IMG/VR virus record: IMGVR_UViG_3300032322_000399
Location: 1-52,820 of that record
Reading direction: 5' to 3' (one strand)
DNA length: 52,820 bases
Source of the DNA: a virus
Taxonomy: Duplodnaviria; Caudoviricetes
Each line of letters opens with the position of its first letter. Position 1 is the stretch's first letter. Shown here in pieces: positions 19,001 to 26,931 of this stretch. The position numbers and the translations under genes are program-made. The notes below the pieces were generated by a model. The model saw only the letters and a list, made by a program, of their open reading frames with translations. It did not search any database and had not been told where the DNA came from.

Positions 19001-20460
19001 AGCACCGTGTAGCCCTCGGCGTTCTTCTGCTTCGACGTGTACAGGATGTCGCCGGGATGAACCTGAGACGCCTTCGTGATCGGGATCGCCCCGGCGGGTG
19101 CGAGCGGTGGCAGAGGCGCGTCAGGTGTGCCGGAGAAAGCCTGCGCCTTCGCGATCTTGATCGGCCCGGGTACGAGCCCGAACTTCTTCCCCTTCGCTGC
19201 CTGCGCCGCGAAGGATAGGTCGTATGTCGAGCCCTTCGAGCCCGACGACTTCACCTTCAGGGTGCCGGGCTTCGCGCCGGGGCCGATGACTTGCAGACCG
19301 GACTCTCCGCCCGTGGAACCGTCGAAGTAGATCACGTCGCCCGGATCGACTTCCTCGATCTTGTCCACGGGCACCGCGTTCTCCGGTGCCGAGCCGGGTA
19401 GGCCCGAGCACACCGTCAGCGACTTGATGACTCGCAGGTTCACGGGGAAGCGGCGTCCGCAGTTGCCGGGGCAGAGGTCGCAGCGGGTGCCCGCGAACGT
19501 CTGCCCGTCGTCCTCCCAGCCTTCGCCCTTGCCGAGTTCCCCGTTGTCGGTGATGCCCTTATCGGGGGGCAGGATCACGGCGGTGCAGCGGCAGTTCGGG
19601 TGGAGCGGCGGCATCATCGCGCCGTTCGAGAACGGCTGATCCCACTTCGCGCGGATCCCGTTGTAAGGCAGACAATGCACGCACGGGGGGCCGTAGCGGG
19701 ACATGCCCGGGGCGGTGCGCCACTCCTTCACCGAGTCCGGGTCGATGAGTCCTTCGTTCACGCCCTCCTGCCACGCGAGATACCTGCCCTGGTTCGATGC
19801 GGCGAGGATCTCGGTGCGGGCGATCGTGGTCGCGCGGGACTGAAGGAGCCGCTGACGGTAGGAGTCGGCGAGCGCGTCCGCGCGGGAGGCTGCCACGGCA
19901 GGGCTCAGACCCGCCTTGATGAGCGACTCGTAGGTGCGCTGCCGAGAGTTCATCACGGCCTGCGCGTAGCGGTCATGCAAGCCCACGACTTGCTTGATGC
20001 GGGCAGCGGTCGCGTCCACGGTGATGCCGTCGCGCAGGGCTTCGGTGATCATGTTCCGCACGAGCCCGCGCTGCTGGTCCGTGATCTCTACGATGAGTTG
20101 ACCGGCGCGACGCTGCGCCCACGCGATCGCTCGCGGGTCGGTCATCTCGAACGCGCCCGTAAGGTTCAGGCCCGGCCCGAGGTTCGTCGCCCCGGCGGAG
20201 GCGACCACTTCAGCCGCGAGGGTCTCCGGTAGCCCTTCGAGGGCCCCGGTCATCTTGTCCCAGCCGAGTCCCCGCACCACGGCGTCAGCGTCGCGGCGAA
20301 TAATCGCCGACACCACGGCAGCCGAGCCCGCCGCACCGATGACGTACGACCACGAGCCGAGAAGCATCTCGACCAGCGACATCTCCGCCGGAGTAAGCGA
20401 GGACGCCTCGTCCCGGTTCACGGGATCGTCCCACGTCCCGGCCTTGCGGACGACGAGCAC
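16027..20460 (-). CDS. MuF (gp7-like) minor head protein fused to HipA/PI3K-like kinase and VIP2-type ADP-ribosyltransferase
   Basis: RATTIARTE...PPLHPNCRC; YYVK...EMLANRLY...DAWLANFD...NI...IDAG; YTG...LFRG...STS...EGE. Confidence 0.85.
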   Translation of the reverse strand: MLVVRKAGTWDDPVNRDEASSLTPAEMSLVEMLLGSWSYVIGAAGSAAVVSAIIRRDADAVVRGLGWDKMTGALEGLPETLAAEVVASAGATNLGPGLNLTGAFEMTDPRAIAWAQRRAGQLIVEITDQQRGLVRNMITEALRDGITVDATAARIKQVVGLHDRYAQAVMNSRQRTYESLIKAGLSPAVAASRADALADSYRQRLLQSRATTIARTEILAASNQGRYLAWQEGVNEGLIDPDSVKEWRTAPGMSRYGPPCVHCLPYNGIRAKWDQPFSNGAMMPPLHPNCRCTAVILPPDKGITDNGELGKGEGWEDDGQTFAGTRCDLCPGNCGRRFPVNLRVIKSLTVCSGLPGSAPENAVPVDKIEEVDPGDVIYFDGSTGGESGLQVIGPGAKPGTLKVKSSGSKGSTYDLSFAAQAAKGKKFGLVPGPIKIAKAQAFSGTPDAPLPPLAPAGAIPITKASQVHPGDILYTSKQKNAEGYTVLGTGPNGGILYYSPGAKKKFEIDIDAQSGKTAFAIVPGPEKTQHVLGTLGPSAKPPGPSVIAGGDPNPTMWQPKLWRYTALKDGNGGTGEIIDILPNGFVKVKYAIGVDADGNPKYTEKIIGPEECLGMPTGSLMYYQGEVKQVHQIDGNIVKFTDGTQTTFGDGSMIPASATMKTTPDTVTVAPPKTPDAAPVTVPDPTPTTNPNGTLKPTEGDYLPPFTDSFDLLGTQTGGPTGSNTGKPGGFWTGKDGKKYYVKAYANPDQAFQEMLANRLYAAAGVKAPRTTLSTWTDPDTGKEKVLIATEIIDNQGTVGSLGLTAARAKKTVDGFAADAWLANFDAVGTGLDNIVVLADGTIARIDAGGSLLFRAQGNLKVKDPTDLHEVDLGAFFTQNQYYKQVLTKAGVKSVDDLDLADQVALLRKTVDEAGGTKKIVDDLYEATWKEAQLYGLPLPLKPDLGVLADLLEARLKSLEAKYPPKSIATGKPQVGETLDTLDFDAVEPGLLLEGKVGATKYQFLVAEKSGGKVKILTYNGDTPMGSGDWMDAATFKTWQASKAGPNYKVKALDSDIPTPPPAVLDSSHTPDPKNPLLGDKYKKDAVVIELTADNGDGSWNVTFIYPDGYTSASVWSKVDFDYIATGNAGISPFASARPFKPQVGFIVSSKKFPANSYKVVEIKPDGSFVIESKTGKKFTSSPDDVQPVQAGTVVYVGSTKYEIQSIDPLGKFVVIPGGKKIPWDQLSPATKTGVTTGSTTYTDSLTQQADFPLNLSGTHDFSGSADWRSWGQQAFDAWRRGLKSTEISGLSRYTGSSFRTWNRVMRNGGSTDPGKMSPGLKATVQAINRSTLPEDLTLFRGIQVAGTSRDAYASLQPGDLVHDHSVMSTSLNPSTAQGFSGGVLFVIRAPRGTKGAYLGEGAHSSFGHREGELLLGAGTTLRVDKVYKRNNGEIVVEATVVDQSPTKAPSASNVAIFAKRRLPSSTLTALTPVGVR

Positions 20461-20468
20461 GGGGCCTC

Positions 20469-21758
20469 CTAGACCAGCGGCGAGGTCGGGGCCTCGGTCT
20501 CAGCGGGCGGCAGACCCGCCACGCCGCGGAGGTAGTCTTCCAGGCGCACGTCAGGAGTCAGCGCACCCGCCCCGGCGAGTTTCTGCACGAAGTCGCCGAG
20601 TTCGGCGAGATCCACATGCGCCACCTCTCCGTAGGCAAGCGTCGGAGGCGTCTCCACGTCGATCGCGTTCAGTTGGAGCAGGCGCGGGATCGCGTGCGTG
20701 TTCACGACCTCGGCGATCGACTTAGCGATCGCGTCCACCGCCATAGTCCACAGATCCATCTTCGAGGAGCCGAGAGAGAAAGATCCGACGCGCTCGTGAC
20801 CGAGCAGAATGAAGTCCGCGAGCACGGACATCGCGATCCGCTGGTCGTAGCGGGTGATCACCTTGTCGGTGTCGAACTGGCGCTGTCCGCCCGTGGATAG
20901 GAGCGTGAGGTCGAACAGTTTATGTCCGGACTCGTCGTAGACCGTGGGGAATACGACGCCCTCCTGCTCATTCCGCTTGATCGAGGTAACGATCTGCTGG
21001 ATCGCGGCGAGCACCTGCTGCTGGTCCGACGTCGCGTTCGAGGACAGGTACTCCGGGGGAACGTACGCGACCGGCAGACCGGCGAGGTCACGCTCGATGC
21101 CCACGGCCTCGATCTCCTCGATGCGCCGCTTGAAGTACCACGGGCGGTAGGCGTTGCGGAGCAGGGAGCGGCCCTCGGGGTTGCCCTTCGCTGTCGTCGT
21201 GCGGAACAGGAGCGCCTTGTCGATCGGGATCGTCACGGCCCCGTAACCGCCGGAGGGATCGACTTGGATGAGGCCCTGGATGCCGCCTGCGCGGTCGAAC
21301 TGCCACATCCACAGGGTGTCCTGCGACCGGATAGGCCACTTCCGCCACCCGATGCGCCCGTCCGTGAACCGGGAACGCTTCGCCGGATCTTTCTGCGCGG
21401 GCCCGAGGCGGCGCTTGTAGACGATCTCGTGGTACGACCACCCGTAAGTCAGCATCGACAGGACCGCGGACAACGTGGCGTCCCAGGAGTCGCTCATGTC
21501 GTCCATGCACTCCTGCACGAACTTAGCGACCTCGGTGTCTGCTTCGTCCTCCGAGGCGGCGTCGATGCGCCACTCCAAGCGGGAGATGACCTTCTCGATC
21601 GCGAACAGGATCGACCCCACGACGGGATCGTTGTCGCTCATGTCGCGGTAGACCCTCACGCCCCGGGTGCCGTGAAGGTTCGAGAGGAACTCGTCGATGA
21701 TCGCGCCGCCGGAGCGACGCAGACCTGTCGTGCCGAGTTCCGTTAGGTCCGGTGCCAT
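20469..21758 (-). CDS. Portal protein (DUF935/Mu gp29-like)
   Basis: MLTYGWSYHEIVY, NPEGRSLLRNAYRPW, GIERDLAGLP, LEDYLR...GLP. Confidence 0.9.
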   Translation of the reverse strand: MAPDLTELGTTGLRRSGGAIIDEFLSNLHGTRGVRVYRDMSDNDPVVGSILFAIEKVISRLEWRIDAASEDEADTEVAKFVQECMDDMSDSWDATLSAVLSMLTYGWSYHEIVYKRRLGPAQKDPAKRSRFTDGRIGWRKWPIRSQDTLWMWQFDRAGGIQGLIQVDPSGGYGAVTIPIDKALLFRTTTAKGNPEGRSLLRNAYRPWYFKRRIEEIEAVGIERDLAGLPVAYVPPEYLSSNATSDQQQVLAAIQQIVTSIKRNEQEGVVFPTVYDESGHKLFDLTLLSTGGQRQFDTDKVITRYDQRIAMSVLADFILLGHERVGSFSLGSSKMDLWTMAVDAIAKSIAEVVNTHAIPRLLQLNAIDVETPPTLAYGEVAHVDLAELGDFVQKLAGAGALTPDVRLEDYLRGVAGLPPAETEAPTSPLV

Positions 21759-21762
21759 GCGC

Positions 21763-21933
21763 CTACCTTCCGGGGTTGGAGCCGTTCAGGGTGGAGGTCA
21801 CGATCTGCCCGACGAGGTAGAGCGCCTCCTCCGCGGTGAACCCGGCCTCCGTGAACGCGAGATAGAGTTCGTGGGTCGCGGTCGCGGCCTGCATGAGGGG
21901 TCCGAAGTCTGGCCCGTGCGGTTCCGCGTCCAC
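21763..21933 (-). CDS. 56-aa hypothetical protein (not in ORF track)
   Basis: MDAEPHGPDFGPLMQAATATHELYLAFTEAGFTAEEALYLVG...; TACACT-N6-GTG. Confidence 0.65.
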   Translation of the reverse strand: MDAEPHGPDFGPLMQAATATHELYLAFTEAGFTAEEALYLVGQIVTSTLNGSNPGR

Positions 21934-21974
21934 GTCCGTAGTGTACCGGGGGTAGCGGTTCTCCTACCCCGGGT

Positions 21975-22181
21975 TCAGCGTCGAGGGCCCCGGGGGCGTT
22001 CTAGCCACATGATGTAGTCACCGTCTTCGTCGTCTTCGTCGTCGGCGAAAACGTCGAGCGGATCGAAGTGGCGTAGGCGCTCGCCCATAGAGCGGAGCGC
22101 CCACGCCACGACGAGAGCGCAGGCAAGGAACGCGACCGAGCCGAGACAGATGTAACCGATGACCTGCGCCACGGTGCCCAC
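21975..22181 (-). CDS. Small membrane protein
   Basis: TM VIGYICLGSVAFLACALVVAWAL then acidic tail; start uncertain. Confidence 0.55.
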   Translation of the reverse strand: MGTVAQVIGYICLGSVAFLACALVVAWALRSMGERLRHFDPLDVFADDEDDEDGDYIMWLERPRGPRR

Positions 22182-22185
22182 CTGA

Positions 22186-22347
22186 CTACTCGATGAAGCC
22201 GAGGCAGACGCACTCGTACGTCTCATCCTCGCCCGGTGCGGGGTGCTTGCAACCGAGGGCGGGGTGATGCTCCTCGATCTGGTGGCGGCACTCGCGGCAG
22301 ACCTCTATGACCTGCGTGCCTTCGGTTCCTTCGATGAGGATCGGCAT
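22186..22347 (-). CDS. 53-aa Cys/His Zn-binding protein (not in ORF track)
   Basis: GGAGGGAGG RBS; CRECRH...H...C...CVC.GF. Confidence 0.6.
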   Translation of the reverse strand: MPILIEGTEGTQVIEVCRECRHQIEEHHPALGCKHPAPGEDETYECVCLGFIE

Positions 22348-22378
22348 GGGTTTCCTCCCTCCTGCGTCTCGGGGTTTC

Positions 22379-22804
22379 CTAGAACGGCGGGATGTCGTCC
22401 GCGGGGGCGTCCCACGGGTTGTCGGCGGGCTTCGGGGATCCGCCGCTGCGCTCCATGCGCTCGGAGCGGGCGGGGTGCCACTTCAGGGACACGGCTACGT
22501 CGGTGGCGGTCACCTCGACGCGGCTGCGCTGCTGGCCTTCCTTGTCGGTCCACGAGTTCGTGGCGGCGTATCCGGTGACCGTGACCGTGGTGCCCTTTAC
22601 GAGTGACTCGGCGACGTTCTCCCCGAGCCTGTCCCAAGCGGTGACGGGCCACGCTGTCACATCGCTGTCCTCCCACTCCCCGGAGGGAGTCTTCTTGCGG
22701 CGGGAGGTCATGACGGTGAACTTCACGACGGCTTTCCCTGCGGATGTGAACCGCAGTTCGGGGTCGGCGGCGAGGTTGCCGGTGAATGAGATCGGTGCGG
22801 ACAT
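22379..22804 (-). CDS. ssb: Single-stranded DNA-binding protein
   Basis: GNLAADPELRFT...; acidic C-terminus DDIPPF. Confidence 0.92.
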   Translation of the reverse strand: MSAPISFTGNLAADPELRFTSAGKAVVKFTVMTSRRKKTPSGEWEDSDVTAWPVTAWDRLGENVAESLVKGTTVTVTGYAATNSWTDKEGQQRSRVEVTATDVAVSLKWHPARSERMERSGGSPKPADNPWDAPADDIPPF

Positions 22805-22826
22805 GCTGGCGTGTTTCCTCTCGGTG

Positions 22827-23159
22827 TTAGGCGACGTGGTTTCGTGATGCCCGGTAGGCCCGCTTCTGCGCGGCTTCCCGGGACGGTGAGGCGACCTCGA
22901 ACGTGGACACGATCGGGATCGGGATGATGTCGCGCTCGCGGCGCAGGCGCTGGCGTTCTCTCGGTGACGTGCCGCCCCATACTCCTTCGACGTTCACGCG
23001 CAGGGCGTATTCGAGGCAGGGCTCTCGCCACTCACAGATCGAGCAGACACGCTTCGCGGCGGTGTACTGACCGTCCTCGGCGAAGAAGGCCTCGGGGTCG
23101 GTTTCGGCGCACGGCTGCGTGCCGTCGAACCGTGGGGCGGGGGGCAGGTTGCGTGTCAT
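22827..23159 (-). CDS. whiB: WhiB family transcription factor
   Basis: CAETDPEAFF...AKRVCSICEWREPCLEYAL...GVWGG; AGGAGCCAC at 23161. Confidence 0.9.
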   Translation of the reverse strand: MTRNLPPAPRFDGTQPCAETDPEAFFAEDGQYTAAKRVCSICEWREPCLEYALRVNVEGVWGGTSPRERQRLRRERDIIPIPIVSTFEVASPSREAAQKRAYRASRNHVA

Positions 23160-23167
23160 CGTGGCTC

Positions 23168-23443
23168 CTAGAACAGTTGCGGGTCGAGGGATCGGGGTCG
23201 AAGGAGGGACGCGATCGAGCGTCCGTTGCGCCACACGGTCCCGGCTGCCACGCCGTCGTAATACGACGTGGACGGCTTCACGACCTGGCGGCAGAGAGCG
23301 GTGACGGGGCATCGCTTGCAGTAGTCGAGGGCCTCGTAGATGTGGGGGCCCTCGGTCTGGTCGAAGATCCACGGGTTCGCGTCGGAGCAGGCGGCGTCTC
23401 GGGCGAGTCGCGCGACTGCGTAGCGCGGCGGGCGTGCGGGCAC
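23168..23443 (-). CDS. Divergent WhiB-like protein
   Basis: AACSDANPWIF...ALDYCKRCPVTALC...GVAAG; TACGCT-N6-GTG. Confidence 0.7.
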   Translation of the reverse strand: MPARPPRYAVARLARDAACSDANPWIFDQTEGPHIYEALDYCKRCPVTALCRQVVKPSTSYYDGVAAGTVWRNGRSIASLLRPRSLDPQLF

Positions 23444-23646
23444 GAGGCCAGCGTATCTAACCCGGGGTAGGTCGCACAACCCCGGTAAGGGTGTCCGCGT
23501 CGGAACCGTATCGGGCCTTCTGCGAGGGCGTACGGCTCCGCTCACGAGCGAGGGTAGTCAGATCCCCGTACCGCTCCGATCGGAGGTCTACGGGGCTCCT
23601 ACGGCCCGGGAACCGCTCGTCCAGCACCGCAGACAGGTCGCGACCG

Positions 23647-23907
23647 TCAGTCGTCTTCGTCGTCTTCCCACTCGTCGTCATCGAGTTCTTCCTCGTCCAG
23701 GGCGTGCTGCAACAGGCCCTGGTGACGCCACGGCGGGTTCCTGTCGTCGCGCTCGACGTGGGTCCAATAGTCCCCGTCCGCGTCCAACCACTCGGAGATC
23801 ACGATCCACCCGGTGCAAAGGGCTCCGCCCTTGAACGCGTTCTTGCGGATCTCGGCGAGGACATGCTCGATCGTGGGCGACTCGGGGGGCTGATCCGCGG
23901 GGTCCAC
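23647..23907 (-). CDS. Acidic hypothetical protein
   Basis: TGWIVISEW.D.DG...PPWRHQGLL; GGAGG upstream. Confidence 0.65.
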   Translation of the reverse strand: MDPADQPPESPTIEHVLAEIRKNAFKGGALCTGWIVISEWLDADGDYWTHVERDDRNPPWRHQGLLQHALDEEELDDDEWEDDEDD

Positions 23908-23992
23908 GCCTCCAAGAGTAGGGGGTCACGAAGGCTCCTCACCGGGGGTTGGTCGAGTGATCTCGGCGATCTTCAGGGCGGCGGCGGTGCCG

Positions 23993-24352
23993 TCACGCAT
24001 CGGTCCTCCTCAGTACCCCGAGGAGCCTATCGACCACGGACTCGTGGGCCCGCAGGGTCGTGAGCGTCTCGGCGATCTCGTCCTCCGGCGGGGCCGGGAG
24101 AGGCGGTAGTGCGATCGAGGTCGGCTGCCCGTACTCGAAGCGGTGACAGGGGCAGACCACGCGCCGGTAGGGCGACAGGGCCGCGCGGACGGGCGTGCAG
24201 CACCCGTAGATCGCGAAGTCGCTGCCGTGCTGCCCGAGGACGTGTCCGCAGTTCCGGCATATGGCGTCGCGGCAGGGCCACGGCTTCAGGCAGGAGGCGC
24301 AGAAGTCGCGGATCCCGGGGGGCGCTACGTCGAGGCCGGGTCGGTGCTCCAC
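23993..24352 (-). CDS. Cys-rich Zn-finger protein
   Basis: CASC.KPWPC; CRNCGH...H...CC...CPC; start after AAGGAGGGG. Confidence 0.6.
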   Translation of the reverse strand: MEHRPGLDVAPPGIRDFCASCLKPWPCRDAICRNCGHVLGQHGSDFAIYGCCTPVRAALSPYRRVVCPCHRFEYGQPTSIALPPLPAPPEDEIAETLTTLRAHESVVDRLLGVLRRTDA

Positions 24353-24609
24353 GATCCCCTCCTTTCGATCCGCTCGATCGCATCCGTGAGCGTGTTCCAC
24401 GGCAGGGATCCGCCGGGGTAGCGGTTCCGCTCGGCGACGAGATCACGGACGATCCCCTCACGCTCGAACCTCGTGCTCATCCAGTACCGCTCGGCCCCGA
24501 GGGCGTCGGACAGGGCGTCGAGGGCGACCCTCGCCTGCGCCTCGGGCGTAGAAGGCGACCGCCGCCGCAGCGCGTCGGCTACGACGGCGGTCAGGTCCGC
24601 GATGCTCAC
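24325..24609 (-). CDS. Hypothetical protein
   Basis: GTGA overlap with 24606-24884. Confidence 0.6.
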   Translation of the reverse strand: MSIADLTAVVADALRRRSPSTPEAQARVALDALSDALGAERYWMSTRFEREGIVRDLVAERNRYPGGSLPWNTLTDAIERIERRGSWSTDPAST

Positions 24610-24884
24610 TCGGGGAGACCGTTAGCGAGCAGGATCCGGGTCTCGTAGGCGGTCTGCCCGATGCCCGCGAACTCGCGAACGATCATCCGGTAACGGTTCA
24701 CGGCCTCGGCGTGACCCTGCGCTCCGCGGCGCTCCGCGGTGGCGATGCAGGCGGCTAGGTACATGCCGAGCGCGTCGAGGATGCCCTCGGCGTTGTCGCT
24801 CGTGGCGATCGCGGCGGCGAGGGAGTCGCGTGCTCCTTGGCGCTGCTCCTCGGTGACGGTGACGGGGTGGAAGGTGATGCTCAT
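24606..24884 (-). CDS. Hypothetical protein
   Basis: AGGAGCCAC at 24888-24896. Confidence 0.75.
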   Translation of the reverse strand: MSITFHPVTVTEEQRQGARDSLAAAIATSDNAEGILDALGMYLAACIATAERRGAQGHAEAVNRYRMIVREFAGIGQTAYETRILLANGLPE

Positions 24885-24895
24885 GGTGTGGCTCC

Positions 24896-24985
24896 TTAGA
24901 TGTGAAGGGCGGTACGGGCGATCGTGACGGCGAGTCGTCCGTAGTGGCGGGTGATGAGGCTGACTGCCTCGCGTGCGGTTGTCAT
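24896..24985 (-). CDS. 29-aa micro-ORF (not in ORF track)
   Basis: MTTAREAVSLITRHYGRLAVTIARTALHI; AGGAGCCAC at 24988; first ORF behind promoter. Confidence 0.65.
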   Translation of the reverse strand: MTTAREAVSLITRHYGRLAVTIARTALHI

Positions 24986-25010
24986 CGGTGGCTCCTTTCT
25001 GACAGACCCG

Positions 25011-25040
25011 AGCCTAGACCTAACCGGGGTTAGGCGTCAA
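25011..25040 (-). promoter_or_regulatory. SigA-type promoter with operator
   Basis: TTGACG-N18-TAGGCT; CTAACCCCGGTTAG at 25020-25033. Confidence 0.85.
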
Positions 25041-25569
25041 GGGGTAGGGGTCGGGACAGAGGAACGCGGTGGATCGACCCGATCGAGTCTTCCCACTCCT
25101 CCTCGTAGTACGGGGTGCCGGACGGCTCGACCGTCAGGGGCGTCGAGGACGGGCCGAACGGGGCAGGGCCCGAGGGCAGCGGATCCTCCGGGTACGAGGC
25201 GCGGCCCCGCCACGGCTCGAACGGCAGAGGCTCGTCTTCGAGACGGTGCAGCACGGCCCACACCGAGTGATAGACGTGGGACCGCTCCGGACCGATACGC
25301 TGCGACACGGCGGACTTGAAGTTGTCGTAGTCGATGTCCTCGGCTGCCGTGGCGACGTAGTGCGCCCAATGCGACACGTTCAGGGTCACACGGCAGGGGT
25401 AGTCCGCTTTCGGTGTCTCCTCGATGAGGTCGTGGGGGCGGACGCCGGGGATCGTCTTCTCTATGAGGCGCACGAGGTCGTCGTAGTCGCGTGCTCGGAC
25501 GATCATGAGTTGGGGGTGCTGGCGGTGCTGGACGGCTGAGTAGAACCCGTCGATGGTCATGATCCACAT
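25030..25569 (-). CDS. Conserved-looking hypothetical protein
   Basis: MWIMTIDGFYSAV...VRAR...ADYPCR...IDYDNFK; AGGAGCCACCT at 25571-25581. Confidence 0.75.
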   Translation of the reverse strand: MWIMTIDGFYSAVQHRQHPQLMIVRARDYDDLVRLIEKTIPGVRPHDLIEETPKADYPCRVTLNVSHWAHYVATAAEDIDYDNFKSAVSQRIGPERSHVYHSVWAVLHRLEDEPLPFEPWRGRASYPEDPLPSGPAPFGPSSTPLTVEPSGTPYYEEEWEDSIGSIHRVPLSRPLPLDA

Positions 25570-25704
25570 GAGGTGGCTCCTTCGGTTGTCGGTGCGGTGG
25601 AAGTCCGGCGGGGGCAGCGAGTCGGGGGTGTCGCATGGCCCCCGCCGGGGATCGGGGTGGGGTTACCTCCGGATCAGGGGTAACCCCGGTTAGGGATCGT
25701 AGTC

Positions 25705-26265
25705 CTAGAAGTGCGGGTCGCGGTAGTCCTTCGCGTAGCCGACCACGAGGCTGCCGTAATCGTTGCCCTTCTCCACGAACCGGGGCTGCTGCTGCTCCCA
25801 GCATGGGAAGCAGTCGGCGGGGTCGGTGTCGAACTGGCTCGGCGTGCGGTCGGGGCGGTGCTGCCAGCATGTCGCGGGTCCGCGGCGCTCCCGGCGGGTG
25901 AACGTCTCGACGCCGTAGACGTAGGTCGGTTGCTCGCCCGTGAAGTCCCACTCGACCTCGGGGCGGACGCTGCCGTCGTAGTTGCGGTGGATTGCGTGGA
26001 TCGCGGACACCTGACCCTTCTTCGCGCCGGACTTGTAGCGGTCCACGGCGACGATGAGCATCGCGTAGGAGTCGCTGCCGATGTACAGGGTCGCGGGTGC
26101 TCCGGGCTCGTAGGAGGCGTTGCGGCGTGCGGCCTGACGCTGCTCCCAGGGCCAATCATTCGAGTTGTAGGCGAGGTAGTCCTTCGACGCCTTGTGCGCG
26201 GCGACGATGCGCTCGTCCCACGGGCCGGTGAGGCGGCGGGGATCTGTCGATGCTGCGGTGTTCAT
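25705..26265 (-). CDS. Hypothetical protein
   Basis: GAPATLYIGSDSY...LVVGYAKDYRDPHF; AGGAGCCAC at 26267. Confidence 0.75.
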   Translation of the reverse strand: MNTAASTDPRRLTGPWDERIVAAHKASKDYLAYNSNDWPWEQRQAARRNASYEPGAPATLYIGSDSYAMLIVAVDRYKSGAKKGQVSAIHAIHRNYDGSVRPEVEWDFTGEQPTYVYGVETFTRRERRGPATCWQHRPDRTPSQFDTDPADCFPCWEQQQPRFVEKGNDYGSLVVGYAKDYRDPHF

Positions 26266-26274
26266 GGTGGCTCC

Positions 26275-26508
26275 TCAGTTACTCGTGCGGGTGTAGGTGT
26301 CGTAGGTGCGCCAGAGGACGGTGACGATCGCGCCGTCCTCGGTGTAGCAGACCGCGATGCGGTCGCTGGTTGCGATGCGTCGTCCGGGGTAGCGGTCGTC
26401 GCAGGGGTAGTCGATGACGGGGCGGGCGATGACCGCGCGAACCTCGTCGGCGGTCACCCCCATCTCGGTCATGCGCTGAAGCGCGTGGAAAGTGATCCGC
26501 GGGCTCAC
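26275..26508 (-). CDS. DUF4258-like (RelE/BECR-fold) putative RNase
   Basis: ITFHALQRMTEMGVTADEVRAVI..P...IVTV; GTGA overlap. Confidence 0.6.
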   Translation of the reverse strand: MSPRITFHALQRMTEMGVTADEVRAVIARPVIDYPCDDRYPGRRIATSDRIAVCYTEDGAIVTVLWRTYDTYTRTSN

Positions 26509-26693
26509 GAGAGATCCGCGGGGGTCGGGTCGATGTAGCCGAGGTTCTCGTCCCACTCGCGGGTCTCGACCACGCGGTGCTGCTTGATGTTCGCCTGCCA
26601 CTCCTCTAGCGGGATCTCGGTGCGGTCGAGGAGTTCGATCATGACCTGCCCGGTCTCGGTGCGGCGGGCTCGGCGGTAGGGGGTGCGGTACAC
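26505..26693 (-). CDS. Hypothetical protein
   Basis: CGGAGCCAC variant start sequence; first gene behind promoter. Confidence 0.65.
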   Translation of the reverse strand: MYRTPYRRARRTETGQVMIELLDRTEIPLEEWQANIKQHRVVETREWDENLGYIDPTPADLS

Positions 26694-26729
26694 GGTGGCT
26701 CCGTTCTGTCGGTGGTGCTCGATGGGGCA

Positions 26730-26759
26730 ACTCTACCTAACCGGGGTTAGGTCTGTCAA
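26730..26759 (-). promoter_or_regulatory. SigA-type promoter with operator
   Basis: TTGACA-N18-TAGAGT; palindrome at 26737-26750. Confidence 0.88.
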
Positions 26760-26929
26760 GGGGGCGGGGCAGGGAGCCCCGAGGGCGTGTCCCCCGGGGC
26801 CGCATCGAGCAGACCGAGCACATCACGGACAGCCTTCGCGTAACCCCGCCCGAAGTCCCGCGAACCCGTCGCAGACTCCTCGGGCAGGGCCGCGATCGCA
26901 GCCCGCATCCACTCCACGGTCCCGCTCAT
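26756..26929 (-). CDS. 57-aa hypothetical protein
   Basis: GGAGGAGG RBS; MSGTVEWMRAA...FGRGYAKAVRDVL. Confidence 0.6.
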   Translation of the reverse strand: MSGTVEWMRAAIAALPEESATGSRDFGRGYAKAVRDVLGLLDAAPGDTPSGLPAPPP

Positions 26930-26931
26930 CC

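Noticed and set aside
23457-23681. 74-aa minus-strand ORF filling the gap before the whiB-like gene
   Set aside because: Overlaps the upstream gene, no clear RBS or motif; may be real but not supportable.
25037-26155. 372-aa Arg/Pro-rich minus-strand ORF
   Set aside because: Alternative frame over two genes that have proper start sequences.
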